From an uncultured virus (IMG/VR IMGVR_UViG_3300025128_008688) (taxonomy: Duplodnaviria > Heunggongvirae > Uroviricota > Caudoviricetes), in IMG/VR virus record IMGVR_UViG_3300025128_008688: a stretch of DNA of 64,000 bases. One strand, written 5' to 3'. Position 1 is the stretch's first letter, and each line of letters opens with the position of its first letter. The notes under the pieces were generated by a model. That model saw only the letters and a program-made list of their open reading frames with translations, did no database searches and was not told where the DNA came from. The translations under genes and the position numbers were made by a program. This document shows, in pieces, positions 17,492 through 26,816 of this stretch.

Positions 17492-18528
17492 GAAAAAGTA
17501 TTTTAACAATAAGTCCATATTCAGAAATTTCTGAGATTGGAAGAAAATCGGTAACCGTTTGTTCTAATATACACTCGATAGATTCTGTTAGAGCCGTTCA
17601 TAAGAACGCTATTGATCCTACATTAGGTCAGAATCCTAAGATTCTTATTATGAATAACTCAGCTGCAAAAAAATATGACCTGTGCGTGCAGCATGTGATG
17701 CCGCATCTAATAGCAAAGGTAGACATTCCCACGTTTTCTTTTTACGAGCCGAATTCTTATGGTAACCAGTCTTTTGATTCTTGGCTCCAGTGTACCGATA
17801 GCATAGTAGTCAGATCAGAAGAGCAAAAAAAAGCACTTTCAGAAAGAGTGCGACAAAGAGCAATCGTGATACCTCCATCTATAGATCATGGAGCTAAGAT
17901 TGGCTATAAGCAAGTGCTTGATGAATTCACATTCTTTGTGCCAAATGGTAAGTATAACGGCAACAACGCAGACGTGCTTATGGCATACCTTATGGAGTTT
18001 GGGCAAGAAGAGTCTGTTAGGTTAGGCATTATGTCAGCCAACCCGCAGGCAACTATAGACGAAATACATGCTTTGAAAACAGGTATGTGTCTTTACGCTA
18101 AGGACTTATTTCCGGAAATTAAGATATACACAGACATAGCTACAATGATGAACGAGGGCTGTTGCTGTATAGATGTTGTTTCATCTCTATCTTATCAGCC
18201 AACTACTCTTCTTAGCATGGCTCAAGGGAGTCCTTCTATCATGCTCAAAAACTCGTGTCTCGCAGAGTGGATGCCAGAAGAACTCTACTACCCCGTAGAA
18301 AGCTACAGAGATGTCTGTAAATTCACGGAAAATAGACCAATAGAAATCCAGCCTGCGCGATGTGAGATACACTATCCCATAGTGAAAAGCATAAGACAAC
18401 AGATGAGAAAAGCATACGAAGATAGACTAGGCTTCCTAAGCAAGCAAAAGAAAATTAGAAAATCTTTGTTAGATATTTTTGGACAGGAAAAATTTGAAAA
18501 AGAGTTTAAGGAAAAAATATGTTCGTAG
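17488..18528 (+). CDS. divergent glycosyltransferase-like protein
   Basis: GT-B-like layout (CVQHVMP, AYLMEF, IRQQMRKAYE) lacking a clear EGF motif; lies in the GT cluster. Confidence 0.45.
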   Translation: MRKSILTISPYSEISEIGRKSVTVCSNIHSIDSVRAVHKNAIDPTLGQNPKILIMNNSAAKKYDLCVQHVMPHLIAKVDIPTFSFYEPNSYGNQSFDSWLQCTDSIVVRSEEQKKALSERVRQRAIVIPPSIDHGAKIGYKQVLDEFTFFVPNGKYNGNNADVLMAYLMEFGQEESVRLGIMSANPQATIDEIHALKTGMCLYAKDLFPEIKIYTDIATMMNEGCCCIDVVSSLSYQPTTLLSMAQGSPSIMLKNSCLAEWMPEELYYPVESYRDVCKFTENRPIEIQPARCEIHYPIVKSIRQQMRKAYEDRLGFLSKQKKIRKSLLDIFGQEKFEKEFKEKICS

Positions 18529-19448
18529 TAAAAAATCTTATAGACTCAGGACAGACAACAAAGAAAGTAGCAATTTTTTGTTCTACCAACCAAGAGTATG
18601 TCGCACCAATCTCAGAATGTGATATTAAATCATATATAATGAGGCATGATCAGTGGCCTCTTAGCGTAGAGCAATTTTCATCAAATATGAGGATCGTACA
18701 GACGAAAGACGCTGTAGACTCGTCTATTGACTGCGTTATCTGCGTAGGCATGGCTGATAACTACGACCATGCAGTAGCATATGCAAAGAAAAACTGTGTG
18801 CCTCTTGTATTGGTCAGGGAGACAAGCGATAAAACATACGCTATATATCCATATTCTACAAACGTCAACAGAAGAGAGCATATCTCACCGGATGTCTTAG
18901 TTGACATTATTGAATCCGGAGAATCTGAACTGGATGATAATAATATGGTGGTTACAATCCCTCCTGTAAAATCCAAGCTACAGGTGCTGACAAAAAGAGC
19001 TTATGAAAAGATTACTATAAATACAAACATACCTAAAGAGGTCTTTACTCATTATCGGTCAATGTTAGCCGGCCTTAATGTGCAACCGCATGACAGGAAG
19101 TCTCCAAGCAGTTCTGACATATACATAGAGACTTGGGTTGGGGATATTATAATGCCATTAAGATGTATGAGTGCTGGATCTATCGTTATGCTCCCCGACT
19201 CTCAAGAAGCTCGCAGAATAGTAGAACACGAGAAAAATGGTTTTATATATACTGACTTTCAGGACATGAGGGCTAATATGATTAAGATTCTTCAAGGAAA
19301 AGGTGAAGGAACTCTTCAGGAGGTTTCAGAAAATGCTCGTGAATCAGCACCACAGTTCTTCTGCTCCGAAGAAGAATTCGTGTCCAGATGGGAGACTATA
19401 ATAAACTTACTATGTTCAACAAAATCTAAGTTAGGTAATATACTATGA
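18519..19448 (+). CDS. divergent glycosyltransferase-like protein
   Basis: PLRCMSAGSIV...IVEHEKNGFI...SENARE resembles a GT-B C-terminal domain. Confidence 0.55.
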   Translation: MFVVKNLIDSGQTTKKVAIFCSTNQEYVAPISECDIKSYIMRHDQWPLSVEQFSSNMRIVQTKDAVDSSIDCVICVGMADNYDHAVAYAKKNCVPLVLVRETSDKTYAIYPYSTNVNRREHISPDVLVDIIESGESELDDNNMVVTIPPVKSKLQVLTKRAYEKITINTNIPKEVFTHYRSMLAGLNVQPHDRKSPSSSDIYIETWVGDIIMPLRCMSAGSIVMLPDSQEARRIVEHEKNGFIYTDFQDMRANMIKILQGKGEGTLQEVSENARESAPQFFCSEEEFVSRWETIINLLCSTKSKLGNIL

Positions 19449-19861
19449 AAGCTATTATTTTTTCTTCGGCAAAGAAGCCGATACTCCCCGGAATCAAAGG
19501 GAATGTAACGCAGTTAGACTTAAGTGAGATAGACAAAATAAAGAGAAGCTCGCTGACAGAGCTTGAATGCTTCGACGTACTAGAGTCTTCTGAAGACGAC
19601 AATATACTCGACAGCCTTATGTCGAAACTGAGAACAGGAGGTATGCTTAAGCTAAAAGGAACAGATGCTCGTCAAGTGTGCAAGGTCTTTGATAGGGGTC
19701 ATATAGGAGAAGCAGAGCTAACCGATCTGTTAATAAACAATAAAATAAGAGCCGTAAGTGTAGCAGACATCTTACAAAAAGTTTCTAATAACAAAGAGAT
19801 GTCAATAGCATTTGCCGGAGTTTCAGGAACGGGATATGTTGTAGAGGTAAAGAGAAACTGA
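19445..19861 (+). CDS. degenerate methyltransferase-like protein
   Basis: DVLE...KLRTGGMLKL resembles the class I MTase LKPGG motif; SAM-binding motif I not evident. Confidence 0.35.
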   Translation: MKAIIFSSAKKPILPGIKGNVTQLDLSEIDKIKRSSLTELECFDVLESSEDDNILDSLMSKLRTGGMLKLKGTDARQVCKVFDRGHIGEAELTDLLINNKIRAVSVADILQKVSNNKEMSIAFAGVSGTGYVVEVKRN

Positions 19862-20688
19862 TGAATCAAATAAGTCAGATACATACCACTTGTAGAGATT
19901 GCAGATTTGCTGTGTATGAAGGTAATACTCAGGAATCATGTTCTATAGACAGGATAGATAAGCTCAGGCAAAATGGGGCTGAAATCCTTGAGGTTTACGA
20001 CGGAACAGAGAAAGAGTTCTTTGTAATCAATGATAAAATATGCGTATTTCACAGAGAAAAGGGTTGGCGTCCAGACTTAACAGACGAAGAGGTAGTGATA
20101 GAAATAGAAAGCGCTACAAAGATACCTTATCAATGGATCATAGTTGAAGAGGATAATCTATACTCACAAGAAATAATGAGAGAGAACATACAGACTCTTT
20201 CAAAAGAGTTTAATCCTCCTGCCATTTTAGACTTTGTTATAAGGAGATTTGACCGGACAGGTGAACAAATAAGTGACTCAATAACATGGATCGAAGATAC
20301 TATGCAAGAACATGGTCTAAGCTGCGTCTGGAGAGTTCAGGCCGTGCTAGACGAAGAGCTAGACTCAAGAAATTGTATTGACATGTGCGTCGATTTGCAT
20401 GACAAGAAAGATGCCACAATGGCATACATATGTTTTACAAGCGACTTTGTGATACCTGATGGGATTACTGAAGAGTTACACAAATCTATAAATGACTATA
20501 ACAAGAAGCCCATATTCGCGGAGCCAGTTGAAGGCATAAACGGACTATTGATGAACAGGATAATGCATAGAAAGCACACAGGAAATGCATTCAATGTAAA
20601 TATAGAAGATAAGCTAAGAGAATTTGAAGACGGTATAGAAAACTTTTCCTACAAAATTACAGAGCTATGCCCGAGCTTGAAACAGTAA
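19861..20688 (+). CDS. hypothetical protein with N-terminal Cys cluster
   Basis: 275 aa, TCRDCRFA..C; coupled to neighbours. Confidence 0.55.
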   Translation: MNQISQIHTTCRDCRFAVYEGNTQESCSIDRIDKLRQNGAEILEVYDGTEKEFFVINDKICVFHREKGWRPDLTDEEVVIEIESATKIPYQWIIVEEDNLYSQEIMRENIQTLSKEFNPPAILDFVIRRFDRTGEQISDSITWIEDTMQEHGLSCVWRVQAVLDEELDSRNCIDMCVDLHDKKDATMAYICFTSDFVIPDGITEELHKSINDYNKKPIFAEPVEGINGLLMNRIMHRKHTGNAFNVNIEDKLREFEDGIENFSYKITELCPSLKQ

Positions 20689-21062
20689 TAATTGCGCACG
20701 GAGAATTACTCAAGCCCGGACAGAAGCATAAGAAAGTAGTTGCTTGGTACAATGTTCCTCCTTCAGAAACTTTTATTGCTGACACCTTTAAGAAGGCCAT
20801 TGGCAATGATATCTTTGGCATTATATCAAGCCCATATAGGTTTGCAGATGAGAATAGTCTAAGCATAATACTAAAAATTTTTAACAGCGACCCAAACAAG
20901 GTAGCAATGGTGCAAGCAGAAGAGTCTAGTCCGTCATCTCCTATGCTTTTTATAAACATGAGGTTGATACCTAGTCAAGGTTTTAATCTAAAGAACTTTG
21001 GATCTTTCTGTCAAGAAAAAGGATATACCACATTCAATGTTGCTGGACTTTTTACAAAATGA
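20667..21062 (+). CDS. hypothetical protein
   Basis: 131-aa ORF filling the operon between coupled genes. Confidence 0.5.
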   Translation: MPELETVIIAHGELLKPGQKHKKVVAWYNVPPSETFIADTFKKAIGNDIFGIISSPYRFADENSLSIILKIFNSDPNKVAMVQAEESSPSSPMLFINMRLIPSQGFNLKNFGSFCQEKGYTTFNVAGLFTK

Positions 21063-21745
21063 TTAAGAACAACAAAAAGATGACTGTCATAATACCTGCC
21101 GCAGGAGCAGGCAGAAGGATGAAGTCATATGGCCCTAAGTGCTTAATAGACTTAACTCCGAACCAAACGATACTGGATAGGCAGTTAGAGATAATAAACA
21201 ATACATTTAAAAGAACGGAAATAATATTGGTATGCGGTTTTGAGTCAGAAAAAGTTATACAGAAGGCTCCTGAAGAATGCATAAAGGTAGAAAACGAGCT
21301 ATACGAAGATACAAATGTAGCTAGAAGTGTAGCTATGGCTCTAAGGGCAACAACTGCAAAAGATATCTTGATAGTAAATGGAGATCTGGTATTTTCTAGA
21401 GAAATACTAAAGCACATCGACTACTCATCGTCATGCACCATCTGCTCTAAAGATCCTGAAAGAGAAAGTGAAGTTGGGTGCATTATAGACCAACAAGGAA
21501 ACCTATCTCATATAATGTATGACTTAGAAAAAAAGTGGAGTCAGATAGTATACTTGAAAGGAAAAGAACTCATCCTATTCAAAAAGCATATATGGGACAC
21601 TAGATATAGAAAATATTTTATGTTTGAGATAATAAACAAAGTAATAGAAACCGGAGGAGCAATTAAATGCAGAGAAGTCTTCGGTGAAAAAATAATTGAT
21701 GTAGACAACTCAAAAGACCTTGTAAGGGCAAAGGAGATTGTATGA
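21059..21745 (+). CDS. sugar-/choline-phosphate nucleotidyltransferase (NTP transferase, LicC-like)
   Basis: IIPAAGAGRRMKSYGPKCL, IVNGDL, IDVDNSKDL. Confidence 0.85.
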   Translation: MIKNNKKMTVIIPAAGAGRRMKSYGPKCLIDLTPNQTILDRQLEIINNTFKRTEIILVCGFESEKVIQKAPEECIKVENELYEDTNVARSVAMALRATTAKDILIVNGDLVFSREILKHIDYSSSCTICSKDPERESEVGCIIDQQGNLSHIMYDLEKKWSQIVYLKGKELILFKKHIWDTRYRKYFMFEIINKVIETGGAIKCREVFGEKIIDVDNSKDLVRAKEIV

Positions 21746-22581
21746 GATTTGTAATTGATAAGAGCTTATCAGAATGGAATAAATTAGCCACTACTTTTGG
21801 GAGCTGTGGGATAGAGATAGTAATTTGGGAACCGGACAAGGTTTCAGAGATTGATATGTTTGATAGAATGAAGCCAGATATATTGTTTTACTCTCAGAAT
21901 GCAGATGCCTCTGTGTTTAGCTATGCTACGCAAGGAACAAATGTAAAAACAGTCATGTTAGGCCGATATAAAAAAATGGATACTAAGCTTTACTCTCCTA
22001 GTCTAGTAGTAGGAGATACCTCTGTGGAAGAAGTTCCTTTAATAAAGCATCAGAGATATTTACCTGCTATCGTCGGACCAAAAGAAGGAAGATACAGAAA
22101 AGAACTGGAATGTGACTTAGCTTGCTTCACAGATGAGTTTATAGGCATACCCGAGGAGAACCTACAAAACCTTTTGATGGTACTAATGAAACATAAGTGC
22201 CGGATGTTTGGACTTTTGAAGGTTAATGTCCCTAACTACCTAGGTGTAGTTTCAGATGAGATGAAATCAGATATAGTTGCCTCGGCAAAATTTTACCTTG
22301 ATCCTCAGGCCAAGTCTTGGGGTGAAGCAGTGATATCCGGAGGCATGCCTCTGGTAATGAGTAGCGAACAGTTGAAAGTGCCTACATTTTCAAACTTGAA
22401 CGAACTAGATTCGTACTTAACAGAGAACAAAAAGAAAAAGCATACTAGGCTTAATAAGATAGAAAAGAATTTGCTATTTAAGAATAGGAACTTTTCAGAT
22501 CTCGCTATAGAGATATCCAATTTCTTTGGGATCAAAAACCTTACTAATGCTCTAGTTAACAGCAGGAGAAGTGCAATATGA
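21742..22581 (+). CDS. hypothetical protein, possibly glycosyltransferase-related
   Basis: 279-aa ORF in the glycosylation cluster. Confidence 0.5.
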   Translation: MRFVIDKSLSEWNKLATTFGSCGIEIVIWEPDKVSEIDMFDRMKPDILFYSQNADASVFSYATQGTNVKTVMLGRYKKMDTKLYSPSLVVGDTSVEEVPLIKHQRYLPAIVGPKEGRYRKELECDLACFTDEFIGIPEENLQNLLMVLMKHKCRMFGLLKVNVPNYLGVVSDEMKSDIVASAKFYLDPQAKSWGEAVISGGMPLVMSSEQLKVPTFSNLNELDSYLTENKKKKHTRLNKIEKNLLFKNRNFSDLAIEISNFFGIKNLTNALVNSRRSAI

Positions 22582-23006
22582 TTGGAATAATAAAAGAATC
22601 GTTCACAATTGAAGAGTTGTCCAAAATAGACGATATCTCGTCACGCAACGATGTGATACTATTTACAGATACCAGAATGCCCGCTAATGATTTCCGAAAT
22701 ATAGCTACGACGAGTGTTTCAAGAAGCTTTGAGTTTGAGGGAACTTTAATATCAACCTGCTACAGAAGTACTGAGTACCTTCTTAATAACCGTAGCGCAA
22801 AGCGTAAGATCTTTTATGCTAGCGACTTAGAATGGACCAAACATGACAATCTGTCTTATAGTAAACCACTAGGAATTTACAACTCCGAAGAAATTGAAGT
22901 TCTGGCATCTAGTCAAGATGTCTATGATATGATTAAGACCTTCTTCAAAAAACCTAAGGGAGTAATGGAAGATTGGGATTTAGCACAAGTATCTAAGGAT
23001 ATATAA
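22578..23006 (+). CDS. hypothetical protein
   Basis: 142-aa ORF with ATGA overlap. Confidence 0.5.
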   Translation: MIGIIKESFTIEELSKIDDISSRNDVILFTDTRMPANDFRNIATTSVSRSFEFEGTLISTCYRSTEYLLNNRSAKRKIFYASDLEWTKHDNLSYSKPLGIYNSEEIEVLASSQDVYDMIKTFFKKPKGVMEDWDLAQVSKDI

Positions 23007-23007
23007 T

Positions 23008-23790
23008 ATGTACAACGAACTTTCAGAAAAAGAAAAGAAAAAGATAATCAAGAAAAAATACTTGGGCGAGCTAATGAGCTTTGCTGAGATAGCAGAACTT
23101 ATGCAGACATACCCTAACAGGGTCAGGAGAGATGCAAAGAAGTTCGGTATAAGAATAAGAAGTCGAAGTGAATCTGCAAAGATAGCTTTAGACAAGGGAC
23201 GCTCAAAGCATCCTACTAAGGGAAAGAAAAGAGACAGCACGACCAAGAAGAAAATAAGCGAGAGCCAAGGCAAGGTCTGGGATGGTCTAAGCACCGAGGA
23301 AAGGCAAAAGAGATCTAGGATAGGAAGGGAGTCTTGGAACAAAAAGACAGACCAAGAAAAGAACGACCTTATCCAAAAAGGGTCTGCCGCTATCAGGGAA
23401 TCTGCTAGGACCGGAACTAAACTTGAGAGGTTTTTACTGGAAGAGCTGACAGAGAGAAAATACGATGTACAATTTCATAGAGAGCATGTACTTAAGAACT
23501 CTAGGCTTGAAATAGACTTATTTGTTAAACAGCTTAGAACAGCTATAGAGATAGATGGTCCTTCTCACTTCAGGCCGGTGTGGGGAGAAAAAAATCTTTT
23601 GCGAAACAAGAAATCGGACAAGCAAAAAACTGGACTTATACTAAGTCAAGGATTTGTTTTAATAAGAGTAAAACAGGATAAGAGGACATCTCAAAGATAT
23701 TTCAGAGAAGTCCTTGATTCTATTTTAAGTATTTTATCGGACATAAAGAAACAATTCCCAGTAGAAGGAAAGAGGTATATAGAAGTATGA
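23008..23790 (+). CDS. HTH/NUMOD3-like + Vsr/DUF559-like endonuclease (homing-endonuclease-like)
   Basis: HTH MSFAEIAEL, HPTKGKKRDSTTKKKISES, GTKLE...EIDLF...AIEIDGPSH. Confidence 0.7.
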   Translation: MYNELSEKEKKKIIKKKYLGELMSFAEIAELMQTYPNRVRRDAKKFGIRIRSRSESAKIALDKGRSKHPTKGKKRDSTTKKKISESQGKVWDGLSTEERQKRSRIGRESWNKKTDQEKNDLIQKGSAAIRESARTGTKLERFLLEELTERKYDVQFHREHVLKNSRLEIDLFVKQLRTAIEIDGPSHFRPVWGEKNLLRNKKSDKQKTGLILSQGFVLIRVKQDKRTSQRYFREVLDSILSILSDIKKQFPVEGKRYIEV

Positions 23791-24527
23791 AGAAGAGTGA
23801 ATTTGAAGACATGGTAGAACCTGTAGAAGATTCCAAGGATCTTTCCGAAGATGTTGAAGCAGAGGAGATCATAGGGTCTGAAAATCCAAACTGGAGCGAG
23901 TATGTTCTTGACCAAATGGATGACAGCGAGCTAAAAGACGGCAACCCAACAGTGGATGGCTTAAGACGAGTCACAGAGAGAATCTATGGTGAAATAATCC
24001 AGTCCACAAGTGATATAGTTAACTATGATGCGAGTCGTGGCGTTTGTGCGGTAAAGCATACTTTGGCGATCCAAAAATACTCTACGGACGCTATAATAAC
24101 TATAGATGGATGTGTCGATGTAAAATTTCAAAATATCCCATACCCTTTCAATCAACATCTGGTGGCTACTGCAGATACTAGAGCTGAAGGTAAGGCGCTT
24201 AGGAGAGCTTTGAAGCTTCGTGTTGTAACGGCAGAAGAGATGCAAGACACCTCAGCAGACGATGTCTTAGCATCAGAAGAAGACATAACCGATCAGCAGA
24301 TATTGGCAATTAATCAAATGTGTAAAAGGCTAGATATCAGCTTGGTAGATCTTGTTAAATCAACTTCTGCTAAAACAAAGTCCATCAGAGAAATAAGTAA
24401 CCTCCAAGGCCGGATGCTGTTAAGTACTTTATCAGATTACCAAAGAAGCTCAGCATCTATTCCTGATAACGTTAAGGGTTACAACACAGAGTGGAGAGAA
24501 AGTTTTGATACCGGAGGTAAAAAATGA
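23787..24527 (+). CDS. Rad52/Sak-like single-strand annealing protein (tentative)
   Basis: ATADTRAEGKALRRALKL..TAEEM, plus C-terminal ITDQQILAI small domain. Confidence 0.5.
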   Translation: MKKSEFEDMVEPVEDSKDLSEDVEAEEIIGSENPNWSEYVLDQMDDSELKDGNPTVDGLRRVTERIYGEIIQSTSDIVNYDASRGVCAVKHTLAIQKYSTDAIITIDGCVDVKFQNIPYPFNQHLVATADTRAEGKALRRALKLRVVTAEEMQDTSADDVLASEEDITDQQILAINQMCKRLDISLVDLVKSTSAKTKSIREISNLQGRMLLSTLSDYQRSSASIPDNVKGYNTEWRESFDTGGKK

Positions 24528-24907
24528 AAGCTAGCATAAAGACAACAACAGACCTTTCCTTTCAAGTAGAAGCCGAAACAGAAGAAGAACTATTCAAGCA
24601 AGTTGCTCGTGTTCAGGAGATATTCCAGCACAAGTCATGCGGAAAGTGTTCTTCGCCTAATGTCAGGTTTGTTTGCCGTCATGATAGTTCAGAGAATGAT
24701 TGGCTAGAAGTCGTGTGCCAAGAGTGCAGGGCAAAGTTAATTTTTGGAAGAACTAAAAAGGGCGGTCAAATATATCCAAAGATCAAATGGGATCAGTTGT
24801 CCGAAAAACAAAAAGAGCAGAGAGCTAATGAAAAGGGATATGCTGACAAAAATCGAGGATATTTGCCTGATAAAGGCTGGTTCATATACAGGCCTATCGC
24901 TTCGTAG
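24524..24907 (+). CDS. zinc-ribbon hypothetical protein
   Basis: CGKC...CQEC; GGAGG RBS. Confidence 0.6.
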   Translation: MKASIKTTTDLSFQVEAETEEELFKQVARVQEIFQHKSCGKCSSPNVRFVCRHDSSENDWLEVVCQECRAKLIFGRTKKGGQIYPKIKWDQLSEKQKEQRANEKGYADKNRGYLPDKGWFIYRPIAS

Positions 24908-24935
24908 AGCCTATATCAGATAGCTTTTAAAAACT

Positions 24936-24960
24936 AAGGGGGTTTCATACCCCCTTTTTT
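24936..24960. terminator. intrinsic terminator between the convergent arms
   Basis: AAGGGGGT-TTCAT-ACCCCCTT followed by a T run on the + strand; lies where the two arms meet. Confidence 0.8.
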
Positions 24961-25531
24961 ATTTCAAGACCCTGCACATATAAGAAGGGAACTGTTCTAA
25001 AGTGATTCCTTCCATAACCATGTCAAGAGTTTGTATTCTCTCGTTGACAGCTCTGATGACCGAAGAGCCCCAAGCCCCATAGGAAACATGATAGTCATGC
25101 CCCATGATGTAGCCTCCAGCCTTAACCTTCTTAAGGGCAAGATCAATTTCTATCGAGACGCAATCATAGTGATGGTCTGAGTCCAGATAGACCCAGTCTA
25201 GAGAGTTGTCTCTGAGAGGAGCTAAGAAATCGCTTCCGTATCCACGGAACATTTCCACCTGACCAGAAAGTATCTCGTCTCTAAATAATGAGGACACGTC
25301 TTCTAAATAGTTTCCATACTCATTGACAGCATAAGGTCTGCTTCCCCACTCTTCTCCATTAGGACACTTTTCGGTCCATATGTCTACTAGAGAAAGTTTG
25401 TGTGGCTTACAACAGGCTAAAAGAGTTATAGCGTTTAATCCCTTGCAGACACCGATCTCTACTCCTATGCCATTATTTGGCACTGAGGAAAACATGTACT
25501 CTCTACTATCAAACTCCTCTATCCTTATCAA
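24959..25531 (-). CDS. class I SAM-dependent methyltransferase
   Basis: GVEIGVCKG, LVDIW, LDWVYLDSDHHY, KVKAGGYIMGHDY. Confidence 0.85.
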   Translation of the reverse strand: MIRIEEFDSREYMFSSVPNNGIGVEIGVCKGLNAITLLACCKPHKLSLVDIWTEKCPNGEEWGSRPYAVNEYGNYLEDVSSLFRDEILSGQVEMFRGYGSDFLAPLRDNSLDWVYLDSDHHYDCVSIEIDLALKKVKAGGYIMGHDYHVSYGAWGSSVIRAVNERIQTLDMVMEGITLEQFPSYMCRVLK

Positions 25532-26103
25532 TACTTGAATCTCCTGAATATATAGTTATCGGCTGCAAATATCAGATTCTTAACTTCTTGGTCATACTCT
25601 TGACATTCTATAAGATCGGTATTGTTAACTCTTACATTGCCGAAATCCCTGATCGCCCTCTCATCAAATACCTCTATCCTCGGCAAAAAGTTTAACGCAT
25701 CGATGAAGTCTTCTACTAGATTCTCGTACTTGCCTATAAATGATATTTCATAATGATCGCCAAAGTAATATTTAGATAGAGAATATAAAGACTCTCCTAC
25801 ACCTAACACATTACGAACAAACTTATTTATGTCATGCATTTCCCAACTCGGGTTTACCTTAGTGAGTGCATTGAACTTAAAAAGAGATTTATACCAGTCG
25901 AACGGATTTCTTATAAATGAAAATGAAAAGCCACTATAGTTCTGGTAATAATAGCCGGTATGCCCACCTCTAATATCTAGCTCGGGATTACACAATTCAT
26001 ATTTGACCCCAGACTTACACAACGCTTGCCGGCACCATGTGCCTCCAGTTTTTGGTAGATGTAGGTATCTAGAGTGCGAGAATGGTAAAAGCAGGCTAGG
26101 CAT
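25528..26103 (-). CDS. sulfotransferase-family protein
   Basis: YLHLPKTGGTW (5'-PSB loop) and FSFIRNPFDWYKS (3'-PB), GKYENL. Confidence 0.75.
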   Translation of the reverse strand: MPSLLLPFSHSRYLHLPKTGGTWCRQALCKSGVKYELCNPELDIRGGHTGYYYQNYSGFSFSFIRNPFDWYKSLFKFNALTKVNPSWEMHDINKFVRNVLGVGESLYSLSKYYFGDHYEISFIGKYENLVEDFIDALNFLPRIEVFDERAIRDFGNVRVNNTDLIECQEYDQEVKNLIFAADNYIFRRFKY

Positions 26104-26111
26104 GTAAGAGC

Positions 26112-26375
26112 TTAAGTGTCTTTTTTCTTAGAGAAGAATGGAAATAATTTATTTAGAAATTTCTTTCTTCCTCCACACCCACATCCTCCAGTGTTGAATA
26201 CTCGCTCTATTCTTTCGGGGGTAACTCCAAACTTGGACAGTACGCTCTCAATAGCATCTCCAAGTCCTCCATTCTCTTCAGTTAGATCTTCGACAGTGAC
26301 GCCCTCGTCATTAAGTGCACCTACTAACTTATCAGCCAATTCATCATCTGAAAGCTTATCTATCTCTTCTGACAT
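26112..26375 (-). CDS. small protein with GLGD..CGC..RK module
   Basis: GLGDAIESVLSKFGVT..CGCGGRKKFLNKLF; paralogous to the C-terminus of 26376-26816. Confidence 0.6.
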   Translation of the reverse strand: MSEEIDKLSDDELADKLVGALNDEGVTVEDLTEENGGLGDAIESVLSKFGVTPERIERVFNTGGCGCGGRKKFLNKLFPFFSKKKDT

Positions 26376-26816
26376 TTAATCACCTTTATAACCAAAAATT
26401 TTATTCAGCCATTCTTTTCTTTTATTACAACCACAGTCCTTGAGTCCTGAGACTTTCTGCATTATTTCTGTAGTTATTCCAAATTTTGATAAAACTCTTT
26501 CTATCTTGTCACCAAGACCGTCGCTGACAACTATGTTATCATCTTCATCTAAGTCTATTCCTTCATTCTTCAGATTCCTTATAGCTTTATCTACGGTAGC
26601 TTTCGCAATGCTAAGATCCTTCTTTTCTTCCTGTCTTGCTAAACCTTCCTCTGAATGGTCTGGGCGAAAAAGATCTAAATAAAAATCTCTATTGTGTTGA
26701 TCTGACTTACACTGATGACGTATGCCCTCACTTACATGCTGCTGATATACTGGACAATAACCTGCTATATCACAAGTACACTCCGTGTGCTCTCTATTCT
26801 GCATATTCTCGCTCAT
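26376..26816 (-). CDS. Cys-rich protein with CxCD..GYC and GLGD..CGC modules
   Basis: CTCDIAGYC; GLGDKIERVLSKFGIT..CGCNKRKEWLNKIF. Confidence 0.6.
   Translation of the reverse strand: MSENMQNREHTECTCDIAGYCPVYQQHVSEGIRHQCKSDQHNRDFYLDLFRPDHSEEGLARQEEKKDLSIAKATVDKAIRNLKNEGIDLDEDDNIVVSDGLGDKIERVLSKFGITTEIMQKVSGLKDCGCNKRKEWLNKIFGYKGD

Noticed and set aside
24902..24912. 11-nt match (TCGTAGAGCCT) to the reverse complement of copy B P1'
   Set aside because: No partner P1 strand or other motif parts nearby; a match this short is plausible by chance in 64 kb.
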